A stretch of DNA of 64,000 nucleotides, taken from positions 32,001 through 96,000 of the forward strand of contig JAEOTR010000057.1 in assembly GCA_016839705.1 (NCBI GenBank), read 5' to 3'. This document shows, one piece after another, positions 29,061-39,618 of the stretch. The position numbers and the translations under genes are program-made. The stretch comes from Promethearchaeota archaeon. Its GTDB lineage: Archaea > Asgardarchaeota > Lokiarchaeia > Sigyniarchaeales > SOKP01. Below the pieces are notes generated by a model. The model made no database searches. It worked only from the letters and a program-made list of their open reading frames with translations, and was not told the origin of the DNA. Position 1 is the first letter of the stretch. The number at the start of each line of letters is the position of its first letter.

Positions 29061-30968
29061 CTATTCCCCCTCCTCTTTATAAATTGCATCATGAATACAT
29101 ACGTCTATACACACACCACATCCCCTGCAACTTTCTTGATCAATATGTGCTTTCTTTTCCCTCTCCTTGAAAATTATTGATGGACATCCAAATTTGTCTA
29201 CACATAAAAGACATCCTTTACATTTCTCGGGATCAATTTTAATAATGGGAGTTTTAATTTGTTTTAACCTAAATTCATTTATTTCTAGTAAAGAACATTT
29301 ATGCCGGGAGATGAAAACTCTAACACCCTTAGCATTAACTGCATCTTCTAATTTTTCTATCATTTCCGGCAAATTATTTGAATCTACAACCCATAAATTT
29401 TCTTTTTTTACACCACATCCTTGAACAAGATCCTCGATTATAACTCTTGTACCGATTTCTTTTGTTATTTTGATTCCTGTTCCGGGATTATCTTGAAATC
29501 CTGTCATACTCGTTGCTCTATTATCCAAAATCATGACAAGAATATCATTTTGATTGTGAACTGCATTTATTAGTGCTGGGATTCCTGAATGAAAAAATGT
29601 TGAATCTCCTAAAATCGCTAAAACGGGATTTTTTTCAGACTGAATTTTAGAAATTCCATTTGCTAGTCCGATTGATGCCCCCATACAAATTTCTGTATCC
29701 AACCCTTCAAGGGGTTTATAGACTGCCAAGGTATAACATCCAATGTCAGAAGAATTTACAAACTTCGTTTTCATTTTTTTTTCTATTTGCTTTATAGCAT
29801 AAAAGCTTGAACGATGGGAACAACCGGGACATAAAATGGGCAATCTTGGTGGTATAATTAATAAATCATTAGGGACAGCAACACTAGCATACTCTAAATC
29901 CATTAAACCAGCTAAAGTTTCTAAATATAATTCTGCAGGAAATTCTCCATTCTGGGGTAAAAAATCCTTTCCATGAATTTCTACTTCTTTTGCTAAACCT
30001 TCTTCATATGCTATTTGTTTTAATATATTTTCTATGAAGGGTTCTAATTCTTCCACAACAAGAACTCTATCAACTTCCTTCAATAGCTCTTTTATTAATC
30101 TTTTTGGAGGAGGAAAAACCATTCCCAGTTTCAGAATCGAAACCTTCTCCCTTATATTGAAAAAGTTAAGAGCATCTATTAATTGAGCATAAGGGATCCC
30201 TGCGGCCACAAATCCATATCTTTTTCCATTGATTTTTTCATCTGAAATTTTAAGCGAATTATAAGGAAATTCATTCGCAAAATCAGAAATTTCCTGTAAC
30301 CTTTCAAGTAGTTTAAAACGAAGAACTCTTGAATGTGAAGGTAAGCATACCCAACGAGATCGATCCCAATCAAATCCATATTCTCTGTCAATTTTTTTAA
30401 TTTCTCCGAGTACTACATCTCCTCTACCATGATTCAATCTTGTTGTTGTACGAAACAAAACAAGTGTTTGAAAATCTTCTGAAAAATCGAATGCATACTT
30501 AATCAAGTCTTTAGCTTCCTGGGGTGTAGAAGGTTCAAAAATAGGAACTAAAGCATGTAAACCAAAATATCTGTTATCTTGTTCATTTTGGGAACTATAG
30601 CAGCTTGGATCGTCAGCAGAAATTAATACCATCCCTCCTCGCGCTCCCGCATATGCTGCGGTCATAAACGCATCAGATGCAACATTCAAACCAACATGTT
30701 TCATACTCGCAAAAGATCGGGCGTTTGACATTGAACCTCCATAAGCTACTTCAAAAGCAACTTTTTCATTAATACTCCATTCTACTTTTAGGTTTGGGTA
30801 ATATTTTTGCATTTCAGCTAAAGTGGACAAGATCTCTGATGAGGGCGTTCCGGGATATCCTGCCCCAATTACAACTCCTGCTTCTAATATGCCACGTGCT
30901 ATTGCTTCATTCCCAAGTAAGATTATACGCAAGCCTGGTGCATTTTCTACAAATTGTGGAATACTCAT
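29061..30968 (-). CDS. iorA: Indolepyruvate:ferredoxin oxidoreductase alpha subunit
   Basis: GNEAIARG, YPGTPSSE, NEKVA, MKHVGLNVASD, SQNEQD, LCPGCSHR, DIGCY, GDSTFFHSG, C-terminal 2x[4Fe-4S]. Confidence 0.96.
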   Translation of the reverse strand: MSIPQFVENAPGLRIILLGNEAIARGILEAGVVIGAGYPGTPSSEILSTLAEMQKYYPNLKVEWSINEKVAFEVAYGGSMSNARSFASMKHVGLNVASDAFMTAAYAGARGGMVLISADDPSCYSSQNEQDNRYFGLHALVPIFEPSTPQEAKDLIKYAFDFSEDFQTLVLFRTTTRLNHGRGDVVLGEIKKIDREYGFDWDRSRWVCLPSHSRVLRFKLLERLQEISDFANEFPYNSLKISDEKINGKRYGFVAAGIPYAQLIDALNFFNIREKVSILKLGMVFPPPKRLIKELLKEVDRVLVVEELEPFIENILKQIAYEEGLAKEVEIHGKDFLPQNGEFPAELYLETLAGLMDLEYASVAVPNDLLIIPPRLPILCPGCSHRSSFYAIKQIEKKMKTKFVNSSDIGCYTLAVYKPLEGLDTEICMGASIGLANGISKIQSEKNPVLAILGDSTFFHSGIPALINAVHNQNDILVMILDNRATSMTGFQDNPGTGIKITKEIGTRVIIEDLVQGCGVKKENLWVVDSNNLPEMIEKLEDAVNAKGVRVFISRHKCSLLEINEFRLKQIKTPIIKIDPEKCKGCLLCVDKFGCPSIIFKEREKKAHIDQESCRGCGVCIDVCIHDAIYKEEGE

Positions 30969-31582
30969 TTTATTTCACTTATAATAAATTTACCTTTTTC
31001 AATTCCTTTCTTAAAAGCAATCTCATTAATTTTCTGATATTTCTTAGGAATTAGTACCATCATAGATTTTTCTATTGCCTCCCGAGAGATAGGTAATTTT
31101 CCTGAGCCCAATAAAACTCCTAGCATTAATACATTTAAAGTACGCGGATTACCCAATTTCAGTGCTTCTTCATGCCCATTAACAAGAAAAATATTTGACG
31201 AGATCTGATGCAAAAATTTTTGAATATTCTCAATATTCGGATATTCCATATCCATTGAATGTACTGTTGGGGGTACAATGATTTTATTGTTTATGAAAAT
31301 GAAAGTATTAGAATCAGCATAATTAAAATAACGTACAGCTTCACTTGCTTCAAAAGCTAAAACTACTTGGCAATTGCCTTTTGCAATTAAAGGACCTTCA
31401 ATCCCACTTCCAAATCGAAGAAAAGAGGCCACAGAACCTCCTCTCTGTGCCATTCCATGAGTCTCTGCTGTTCGGACTTTATAATTATCAAATAACGCAG
31501 CCTTTGTGAGAATTTGTATAGCACTAATAACACCTTGACCACCTACACCAACGATCAGAAGGTTAAAGTTTCTAATTTCCAT
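30965..31582 (-). CDS. iorB: Indolepyruvate:ferredoxin oxidoreductase beta subunit
   Basis: GVGGQG, ETHGMAQRGGSV; overlaps the iorA start by 4 nt. Confidence 0.95.
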   Translation of the reverse strand: MEIRNFNLLIVGVGGQGVISAIQILTKAALFDNYKVRTAETHGMAQRGGSVASFLRFGSGIEGPLIAKGNCQVVLAFEASEAVRYFNYADSNTFIFINNKIIVPPTVHSMDMEYPNIENIQKFLHQISSNIFLVNGHEEALKLGNPRTLNVLMLGVLLGSGKLPISREAIEKSMMVLIPKKYQKINEIAFKKGIEKGKFIISEIK

Positions 31583-31788
31583 GATGCGTTTCTTTGATTG
31601 CTTTATAGAATAAAATATTTTACTATTGCTACTTAATCACTAGTTTTTAATTAACTTATACATGATCATAACTAATGGGAATAATCTCCCATATTTTATT
31701 ATCTGAACTAGCTGATAAATAATAGTTTCCTCTAAACTAAACAAATTTTAAAAATAAAAAAAAGGAAGGTAAGTAAATATCACTTAAT

Positions 31789-32310
31789 TTAACTTATTAT
31801 TTTGCCTAAATCTTTTCTAGTCTGCTTTGTTTTCTTGTTTGTAATGTAAAATCCAATAAAATAGGCAATTAAAACAAGAGCAAATAGGATTATTGTTGAA
31901 AGATAAAACCACCGCCCCAATTGTCCCATGACATCCATAATTATCCATTTAAGTAGCCATACTGCTAATCCACCACCTATAACGAATAAAATGTCAAAAA
32001 ACGCATTAATAAAACTATCACGCCGATTTTCATACTTAACTCCAAGTTTCCACAAGAGTGTATTTTCTATGATTTCCCAGCCAATTCCAACTGCAATAAC
32101 AAATGACATTATCCACCACCAAGGCATAATTGCTGCAGTTATATAAATAAGTTCATAGATTGTAATAATTAACGAAAATATGGCAAAAGCTCCAATCCCA
32201 AATGCAATATGACCCCAACTATAAAAATCCAATGGAGAACGACCTACATAATCCTCAAGAAGTCCTATAAATGGTGCATAACGTTTCTTACCAGATTCTT
32301 CACTTGACAT
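31789..32310 (-). CDS. Four-TM membrane protein, DUF2585/DUF2238-like
   Basis: SWGH..FG, WEIIEN, DSFINAFFD residues typical of these putative metal-binding membrane families. Confidence 0.6.
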   Translation of the reverse strand: MSSEESGKKRYAPFIGLLEDYVGRSPLDFYSWGHIAFGIGAFAIFSLIITIYELIYITAAIMPWWWIMSFVIAVGIGWEIIENTLLWKLGVKYENRRDSFINAFFDILFVIGGGLAVWLLKWIIMDVMGQLGRWFYLSTIILFALVLIAYFIGFYITNKKTKQTRKDLGKIIS

Positions 32311-32528
32311 ACAAAATCCTCTTATTTTTTTGAAAAACTTTTCAAACAGATTTGATAGTATACCAACAGTTCATTAAACTAATAAATTTAAGTGATTTTA
32401 TATTAGGGAAAGTGCTTTCAAAGAAAATTAAATGCTTTAACTGTTTGATTTATATATACTAATTTCTCATTATAAGTTTACAGATCATTTTTTTTGATCA
32501 TATCTATAAAAAAATCGAAGTTAGAAAT

Positions 32529-35500
32529 ATGAAAACCAAAATTACCAGAAGAAAAATATTTGTAATTTTAGCAATTTCCTTATTCTTTTTATTCAACGTT
32601 GCTATGCTATCTAATGGGCTAGCAAGAACTATACAAGAAGATGTTATTTTTAACCTGGATAAAGAAGATCCTTTAGGTCCTGAAGGTTATGGTGTGATAA
32701 TTCCATCTCCTAATACATTAGGAGCTGTAACTATCGATGGTTCAAACCAAGGTAAATTTACAATAATGGATTGGGATGGATCACCTACAGGATTCGAAGA
32801 ATTAGTCAATAATCCTGGTGAAGATATTTCTATACATTATCCAATGCCTTTAGATGATTATATAACAGGAACAGGCAGTTTTACGAATAATGATGAAATT
32901 GATCCATGGTCGGATATTGGTTGGTTAAATATATCTGCCTATAATGCTGAGGCTGAAACTTTATCACCTTTTACAGTGAATACTGTTTTTGATTATTTTG
33001 TAATGGAAGAAGGAGGGTCTTTAACTGCTCCTGTGAATCACGAACATCCAATGCAAATCGATGTCATCGTAAAAAGTAGAGGTCCAAAAACATTGCAATT
33101 TGATTGGTTAATGCTTAATCCTGCCGCTGCTTCGTATAATTATTATTTAATTTCCCCATCAGGGAAGGTCCTAAACCCACATACCTATTTTATCCCAATA
33201 TCTCATACATTGAACCCAGGTACAGAATTATTTAATACTTTTAAATTTACAGCTAGAGAAACAGGTGCATATCGTTTAATCTTTGAGATTTTTCATACAG
33301 CACCTAGTTCTTTGTATTTTGAGTTCTTAACTCCTCAAATATCCTCTTTACCTGTGAATACAGCGAAATTTGCAGGTAATAGTGAAGGAGTATTATCTAT
33401 TGAGGCAGGAAGCTATGCTGATTGGCAAACAACTTGTTTTAAAATTAGCGGAAGTAAAGGAGACTTCTTTGAGGTGGACATTTTTGAAGATTATGCAACC
33501 GGGTTTACACCACTTATAGATATCTGGACACCTTGTGGTAATGGGTATCTTCTCTACATGAGTGTAGGAACAGGAACTCATGAAATCTACTTTCCGACAA
33601 GCGGTGTAGCATATATAACATTTTCTGATATGATTTTTGGTGACTGGTATAGATATTCACTATTTCTAGAAAAATTCGAAACTGTACAATATAACATAGG
33701 AGATCCTTTAACAGAATTTTTGATTTCAGATGATGAATCAAAAGTGATACAATTTTCACTTCCAACCGATGCCATCGTTCGATTTAATTATACTAGTTTA
33801 CCTCCTGGAAATCCACAGGTTTATGCATTTGGTACCCCTAGAGCGTTTATTTTTAGAGATTCAAAAGAACTTGTATGTTATGATATTAATTCGAATATCT
33901 TGACACGAACAGTGGATTCAACCGATTTTTACTGGCATTATATGCCAGCAGGAGTGTATAGAGCTGTAATAAGAAATACAAATCCTACCGCGAATGGGAT
34001 CTTCCAAATTAGTTCAACAGTCTCTGATTGGTCTGACGATACCATTCCTATTAATGCTTTAACTTATCCCTATGATAATCCATCAGAATTTGTAACTATT
34101 GAATTTGAACCAGATAGTGCTTTCGATAGTCTTAAAAATCCAGTAGGTATAGATATTGATATCCCTGATATGAGTCAGGTTAGACTGAATACAACCATGC
34201 GGGTAATAGATAATGACGGGGCAGCAGCAAGTAGCTTTCCCTCCCACCTTTACACATTAAACGACACAGATTTAGTTTATTATACATCTGGTTATCCCTA
34301 TCCTGCTTTCTCAACAGATGGTATGGATAGTGAAGTAAATGATTATTTATATATCGGCGCTCCAACGAGATGGACTGGAATGACATTTAACTTTTCCGTT
34401 CCGGGAGTAGGTGGATCTATTGCTAATCCTCTAGTTTATACGGACCCTGCATGGGGTACAGTTCCACTGGATAACGATGGCTCTAGTGGTTTTACGGCTG
34501 ATGGAATTATTGAATTAGATATATCTGATTCTGATTTTGATGATTGGACTAAAGGAGCTGATGATGATTTAGATCCAAATATAGATGAAAGTGATTATTA
34601 CTGGATGGCAATACGATGTTCTGGAGATTATTCAACCGTACCTATCATACAACAATTAACTCTATTAAACAACACTATTAGAGGAGACTTACTATTCTTA
34701 CTTATTGGAGAAAGTGGATATGAATATGATGATTATTGGGGACCAGCAGGAATAATTCAACCTAGTCATCCATCTAACTTAGAGGTTAGCTTTGATGATG
34801 ATGATGGTGGTCATGATATTGATACAAGAGAATCTTTTATTATTGATAACCCATCTGCAGATCCATGGACAATTGGTCCTGAAGGAGGAACTTATAAATT
34901 GCTCATTATTCCTGAACAATGGGATTATCCTGGTTCAGTTTCTGTTCAGTTTGCTGTCGAAAATTTCTGGGATTATACCCATCTTGGAACTTATGACATC
35001 CAAAATATCCCAAATCTTCATATAACGGATATAACAAACTATACAGATGCTGGATATTCCAATTTAACGGGAACAATTTATGATTACGACCTAACAACAG
35101 AATATAATCATACTGAAATTGAACCCGCCTATGGTGGTGAAAGCTATTTTGCTCTTGAATGCACTGGTGATCCATATCAATGGACACAATTAGTTGTTTA
35201 CGTAGAAGGTGTAACTGCTGATTATGAACTATATTTGATACAAGATCTTCCATGGATTAATGAAAACGGACCAAATTCCGAGATTACCACAATTGATAGC
35301 ACAATAAATTCTAACAGAACTTTTGAATTTGGAGTTTTCTCAGATCATTTTACATTACTGTTTGAAGTTATAACAGTAGCAGAAATGGTTTCATTTAAGA
35401 TAGCACTAAGTCAGTATGATACTTTAGCACTCATAACAAGTGATTTGAGAGCATCTTATACGCCCCCATTGGATCCTGGATTGGTTCTTGCATTAGCAAT

Positions 35501-35588
35501 AGTTATCCCATCGGTAGTAGGTGTTGTAATAATTGTTTACATTCTAAAAAGAAAAGGGAAGATTTTAACAAAACGTCCTGGACCTTAA
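32529..35588 (+). CDS. Large acidic cell-surface protein (signal peptide, beta-rich domains, C-terminal TM anchor)
   Basis: Basic plus hydrophobic N-terminus, D/Y/W/P-rich body with many N-x-S/T sequons, C-terminal TM plus KRKGK tail. Confidence 0.8.
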   Translation: MKTKITRRKIFVILAISLFFLFNVAMLSNGLARTIQEDVIFNLDKEDPLGPEGYGVIIPSPNTLGAVTIDGSNQGKFTIMDWDGSPTGFEELVNNPGEDISIHYPMPLDDYITGTGSFTNNDEIDPWSDIGWLNISAYNAEAETLSPFTVNTVFDYFVMEEGGSLTAPVNHEHPMQIDVIVKSRGPKTLQFDWLMLNPAAASYNYYLISPSGKVLNPHTYFIPISHTLNPGTELFNTFKFTARETGAYRLIFEIFHTAPSSLYFEFLTPQISSLPVNTAKFAGNSEGVLSIEAGSYADWQTTCFKISGSKGDFFEVDIFEDYATGFTPLIDIWTPCGNGYLLYMSVGTGTHEIYFPTSGVAYITFSDMIFGDWYRYSLFLEKFETVQYNIGDPLTEFLISDDESKVIQFSLPTDAIVRFNYTSLPPGNPQVYAFGTPRAFIFRDSKELVCYDINSNILTRTVDSTDFYWHYMPAGVYRAVIRNTNPTANGIFQISSTVSDWSDDTIPINALTYPYDNPSEFVTIEFEPDSAFDSLKNPVGIDIDIPDMSQVRLNTTMRVIDNDGAAASSFPSHLYTLNDTDLVYYTSGYPYPAFSTDGMDSEVNDYLYIGAPTRWTGMTFNFSVPGVGGSIANPLVYTDPAWGTVPLDNDGSSGFTADGIIELDISDSDFDDWTKGADDDLDPNIDESDYYWMAIRCSGDYSTVPIIQQLTLLNNTIRGDLLFLLIGESGYEYDDYWGPAGIIQPSHPSNLEVSFDDDDGGHDIDTRESFIIDNPSADPWTIGPEGGTYKLLIIPEQWDYPGSVSVQFAVENFWDYTHLGTYDIQNIPNLHITDITNYTDAGYSNLTGTIYDYDLTTEYNHTEIEPAYGGESYFALECTGDPYQWTQLVVYVEGVTADYELYLIQDLPWINENGPNSEITTIDSTINSNRTFEFGVFSDHFTLLFEVITVAEMVSFKIALSQYDTLALITSDLRASYTPPLDPGLVLALAIVIPSVVGVVIIVYILKRKGKILTKRPGP

Positions 35589-35655
35589 TAATTAATAAAT
35601 TCTTTTTTTTTAATTTTGTTATGAAATTATACCGAGACCTTTAAGAATATTATTT

Positions 35656-37707
35656 TTAGATAATTATTTCTGAATTCAAAAGAGATTTTACATCTGATGA
35701 TGGACCAACAAAAATATCATATTTCATTTTTTCAATTTCCCAATTTTTAGTTTCAGGATTAAAATATGCTAAATTCTTTTTATTGACTGTTAAAGATACA
35801 CGCTTAGTCTCTTTTGGTTCTATCTCCACTTTTTTAAATCCTTTTAATAACTTTCTGGGTCGATCAATTTTCGAATTTTCAAATCCGACATATAATTGTA
35901 TAATTTCCTCACCTATCATATCGCCTATATTTGTTACATCTACTGTAGCAATTATAGAATCATCTGAAAGTTTCACTTTAAGATTTTCATATTTAAACTC
36001 AGTATAACTCAGCCCAAATCCAAAAGGAAAAGCAGGTTGCATTTCTTTCTTATCTAGCAAACTATATCCATGATAATATCCATATTCTATTTCATCAGCG
36101 TCTTTATCAAAGAAGGGAAGGTGAGCAGGATCCTTCGGTATTGTGAAAGGCAACTTTCCACTTGGATTTACTCTACCAAAAATAATATCAGCTAAGGCGT
36201 TTCCTCCTTCCATCCCAGAATACCACGCCATTAATATCGCGGGAACTGAATTCTTCCATTCCTCCATAATAATCGCACTACCACCGATTAATACAACTAT
36301 ACAATTTTGATTTACACTCGATACAGATTTAATCAATTCTACATCGCTGCTTTTTAGACCAAGGTTAACTCTATCTCCTCCGCCCCTCAAAAAATTTTCG
36401 AAATATTCTCCTTCATCTTTATACGTATATCCCACTGCTATAACAACAACATCAACGCTCTGAGCAATTTTTTGGGCAGAATCCAAATTTTTCCCTATTT
36501 CGTATAATACTTTTACCTTATCTCCAAATTGATTTTTAAATCCTTGGAAGGGAGTAATGATATTCGGTTGATTTACATTACTACTCCCCTTGTCACCTGT
36601 ATTCTTTTTATCCGCTAATGAACCTATCACAGCTAAAGATTTCGTTTTTTCTAAATTTAGAGGTAAAAAATTAGATTCATTTTTAAGCAAGGCCATACTT
36701 TTTTCAGCCACTTTTCGAGCCAAATCTATATGTTCCTTACTTGCTATTAAACTAGTATCATATTTTTGAGGATCTTCTCTCGTTGTAAATTTTAAAACAG
36801 TACGAATTATTCTCCTTACCGAATCATCAATTAAGTCTATTGGTATTTGTTTATTCTTTACTTTTATTATTAATTCCTTGCTATAATATTTAGGGCGAGG
36901 CATCTCCACATCTAAACCTCCTTGAATTCCTTCTATGGTTCCTCTTACTCCCTTAAGCCAATCTGAATGGACAAAACCTTCAAATCCCCATTCCTTTTTG
37001 AGTATATCTCGTAATAAATATTTATGATGACTACAAAATTCTCCACGAAATTTGTTATATGCTGTCATTACAGTAGCACAACCCTCTTTAATACAATGTT
37101 TAAAATGAGGTAAATATACTTCGCGTAAGGTCCGCTCATCCATTAGAACATTAACCTTAAACCGTGCATTTTCAATACTATTTGCTGCATAATGCTTCAC
37201 AGTTGCCATAACGTTATGTTTTTGGACTCCTCTTACCAAAGATGAACCCAATTGCCCAATATGAAAAGAATCTTCACCATATGTTTCCTGAGCTCTGCCC
37301 CATGAAGGGTGGCGTAATAAATTAATACATACACCACCAAAAAGATTGCCCCCGTGAGCACGAACCTCAGCTCCAATTACTTCCCCTATTTTCTCTTCTA
37401 AATTGACATCCCAGCTAGCCCCTCTTGCCATAGAAACAGGAAAACAAGTAGACCCAGTTATTTTTACACCACGAGGACCATCTGTAAATAAGAATGGAGG
37501 AATATTTAGTCTTTTAACCCCACCACCAGGATAAGCTCTCACACCAAATTTTCTATCTGTAATAACATTCTTATAGAAATTATGGCCTGTCATTGCGTAA
37601 GCTTTTTCTTCCAATGTCATTTCTTCGAGAGCTTTTTCAACTAACTTATCAATTTCATGAATTGACATCCCTTTTCTAATTTTAAGATCATCTGTTATGT
37701 TGATCAA
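35656..37707 (-). CDS. Glycoside hydrolase family 3 (beta-glucosidase-like)
   Basis: DGPRG, GRAQETYGED, KHY, MTAYN, SDW nucleophile, NPSGKLP, PFGFGLSYT, Fn3-like C-terminus; no signal peptide. Confidence 0.95.
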   Translation of the reverse strand: MINITDDLKIRKGMSIHEIDKLVEKALEEMTLEEKAYAMTGHNFYKNVITDRKFGVRAYPGGGVKRLNIPPFLFTDGPRGVKITGSTCFPVSMARGASWDVNLEEKIGEVIGAEVRAHGGNLFGGVCINLLRHPSWGRAQETYGEDSFHIGQLGSSLVRGVQKHNVMATVKHYAANSIENARFKVNVLMDERTLREVYLPHFKHCIKEGCATVMTAYNKFRGEFCSHHKYLLRDILKKEWGFEGFVHSDWLKGVRGTIEGIQGGLDVEMPRPKYYSKELIIKVKNKQIPIDLIDDSVRRIIRTVLKFTTREDPQKYDTSLIASKEHIDLARKVAEKSMALLKNESNFLPLNLEKTKSLAVIGSLADKKNTGDKGSSNVNQPNIITPFQGFKNQFGDKVKVLYEIGKNLDSAQKIAQSVDVVVIAVGYTYKDEGEYFENFLRGGGDRVNLGLKSSDVELIKSVSSVNQNCIVVLIGGSAIIMEEWKNSVPAILMAWYSGMEGGNALADIIFGRVNPSGKLPFTIPKDPAHLPFFDKDADEIEYGYYHGYSLLDKKEMQPAFPFGFGLSYTEFKYENLKVKLSDDSIIATVDVTNIGDMIGEEIIQLYVGFENSKIDRPRKLLKGFKKVEIEPKETKRVSLTVNKKNLAYFNPETKNWEIEKMKYDIFVGPSSDVKSLLNSEIII

Positions 37708-38411
37708 CTCATAAGTGTGAACAATAAATAGATCGTATTAAAATTACATCTATACAATCACCAAATATATTTATAAGAAATCCGATATTGTTTTAAAACT
37801 TAGGGTATGCAAAAATATTCAGTCTATTCATAGCTTTACCGTGAATTCGTCGTTATTAAGTTCTTAATAAAATTAAAATAAGATAACACTCAAAACTTTT
37901 AGATCAAAAATTTTTTTAAAAATTCGGGTGTGGTAACTGAAAAAAATTGTCTTTATTCACCTAGATTTGAAGAAAAATTTTTTTCATTCATTAAATTTAT
38001 GGCTTTATTTAGCTTTTATTTCTAAAATAAGGATGTTATTAAGAAATCTCAAATTTTATACCTCAATACTGTATCATACCAATGAAATTTACGGAATAAT
38101 AGAATAGAGCGTTCATGAAATTGACGATAAATACCAAACATTTATTAGGATAGGTAACTAGATAAATAACAGAAAAAAATATTTTTTTTTCTACACCGTA
38201 GTGGAATGTTTTTTTGCCATAATTTATTCCTCCACAATAATTTGACTGAAAATTCATTCCATTACTTTTTTTTTATCTTTTAACTTCACAAATTCAACTT
38301 AAACTAAGTTTAATTTATAATTTAACGTATTTGAATGTATAGATTATTTGTATCAATGGTGAGCGTCTGGAGAAAGTCTAAAGTTAAACATAAATCATTA
38401 CATTTTTGCTT

Positions 38412-39605
38412 TTAACTTATTTCCTTTTTCAATGCTTCTATTAATAAAGGTACAATTTCTTCAAGATCCCCCACTATCCCATAATGAGCAACATTAAAAA
38501 TTGGGGCAGTTCGGTCCTTATTTATAGCTACAATAATTTCGGCACTTTGTATGCCTACTAAATGTTGGATAGCCCCTGATATACCACATGCGATATATAA
38601 TTTTGGAGAAACCGTTTTACCCGTTTGACCTATTTGTCTATTTTGATCTAACCAGCCCAGTTCAACTGTAACACGTGAACCTCCTAATTCTGCTCCTAGT
38701 ACTTCGGCTAATTCTTCTATTATTTTGAAGTTCTGCTTAGATCCCACTCCCCTACCTCCCGCCACAATAATTTCAGCATCTTCAAGGTTTACAGAACTTT
38801 TCTCCCTTTCAATTACCTTCACTATTTTAGTGACTAAATCTTTTTCTTTGAATTTGAAGTCAATTTTTTTTATCTTTGCTTCGTTTTCGCTTTCTAGTTG
38901 GGAAACAAATATTCCTGGTCTAACTGTTGCCATTTGTGGCCTACTATTTGGTGTTCTGATTGTTGCCATGAGAGTCCCCCCAAATGTTGGGCGAGTTTGT
39001 AATAGATTTCTTGTAGTCTGATCAATTTCTAATCCAGTACAATCTGCTGTTAAGCCTGCATTCAATCTCTTTGCAATTCGAGGGGCAAAATCTCTCCCCG
39101 TCGGAGTGGCTCCTATTAGAATAATTTCAGGTTTATTTTTATGAATTAATTCAGTTAAAGCTTGAGCATATAAATCTGAATAAAAATGCTTCAAAACTGG
39201 TGATTTGATATATAATATCTCATCTGGGCCATATCTACTTAACTCTTTTAGATTATCATCAAAATCCGCCCCTAAAATTACAAGCGTCAAATTTACTTCT
39301 AATTCTTTCGCTAAATCTCCTCCTTTTCCTAACAACTGAAATACAACTGGATGGATAATGTTTTTATAGTGTTCAGCAATAACCCAAACTCCTTTAAATT
39401 CTGAAAGATCGAGTTTTTCTACTTCATATTCCTTTCTTTCAATTAAGATAGCGTCAACGGGACAGACATCAAGACAGACACCACAAAAATTACAACTTTC
39501 CGTAATAACTGCTTTATTATCAATAATTTCAATCCCTACAAAGGGACAAGCGTCTGAACAACTCCCACACCCAGTACAAAGATCATCATTGATAAATATG
39601 CTCAT
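38412..39605 (-). CDS. etfA: Electron transfer flavoprotein alpha subunit with N-terminal 2x[4Fe-4S] ferredoxin
   Basis: CTGCGSCSDACP and CNFCGVCLDVCP; GLTADCT, TRPTFGG, QIGQTG, GISGAIQH. Confidence 0.95.
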   Translation of the reverse strand: MSIFINDDLCTGCGSCSDACPFVGIEIIDNKAVITESCNFCGVCLDVCPVDAILIERKEYEVEKLDLSEFKGVWVIAEHYKNIIHPVVFQLLGKGGDLAKELEVNLTLVILGADFDDNLKELSRYGPDEILYIKSPVLKHFYSDLYAQALTELIHKNKPEIILIGATPTGRDFAPRIAKRLNAGLTADCTGLEIDQTTRNLLQTRPTFGGTLMATIRTPNSRPQMATVRPGIFVSQLESENEAKIKKIDFKFKEKDLVTKIVKVIEREKSSVNLEDAEIIVAGGRGVGSKQNFKIIEELAEVLGAELGGSRVTVELGWLDQNRQIGQTGKTVSPKLYIACGISGAIQHLVGIQSAEIIVAINKDRTAPIFNVAHYGIVGDLEEIVPLLIEALKKEIS

Positions 39606-39618
39606 TTAAAGCGCTCTC

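Noticed and set aside
31675-31692. ATGGGA-N6-TCCCAT inverted repeat upstream of iorB
   Set aside because: A single short instance that cannot be distinguished from chance or a terminator
38063-38257. 64-aa ORF in the large intergenic gap
   Set aside because: No motif, composition typical of translated AT-rich non-coding DNA, and the nearby SD serves a different frame
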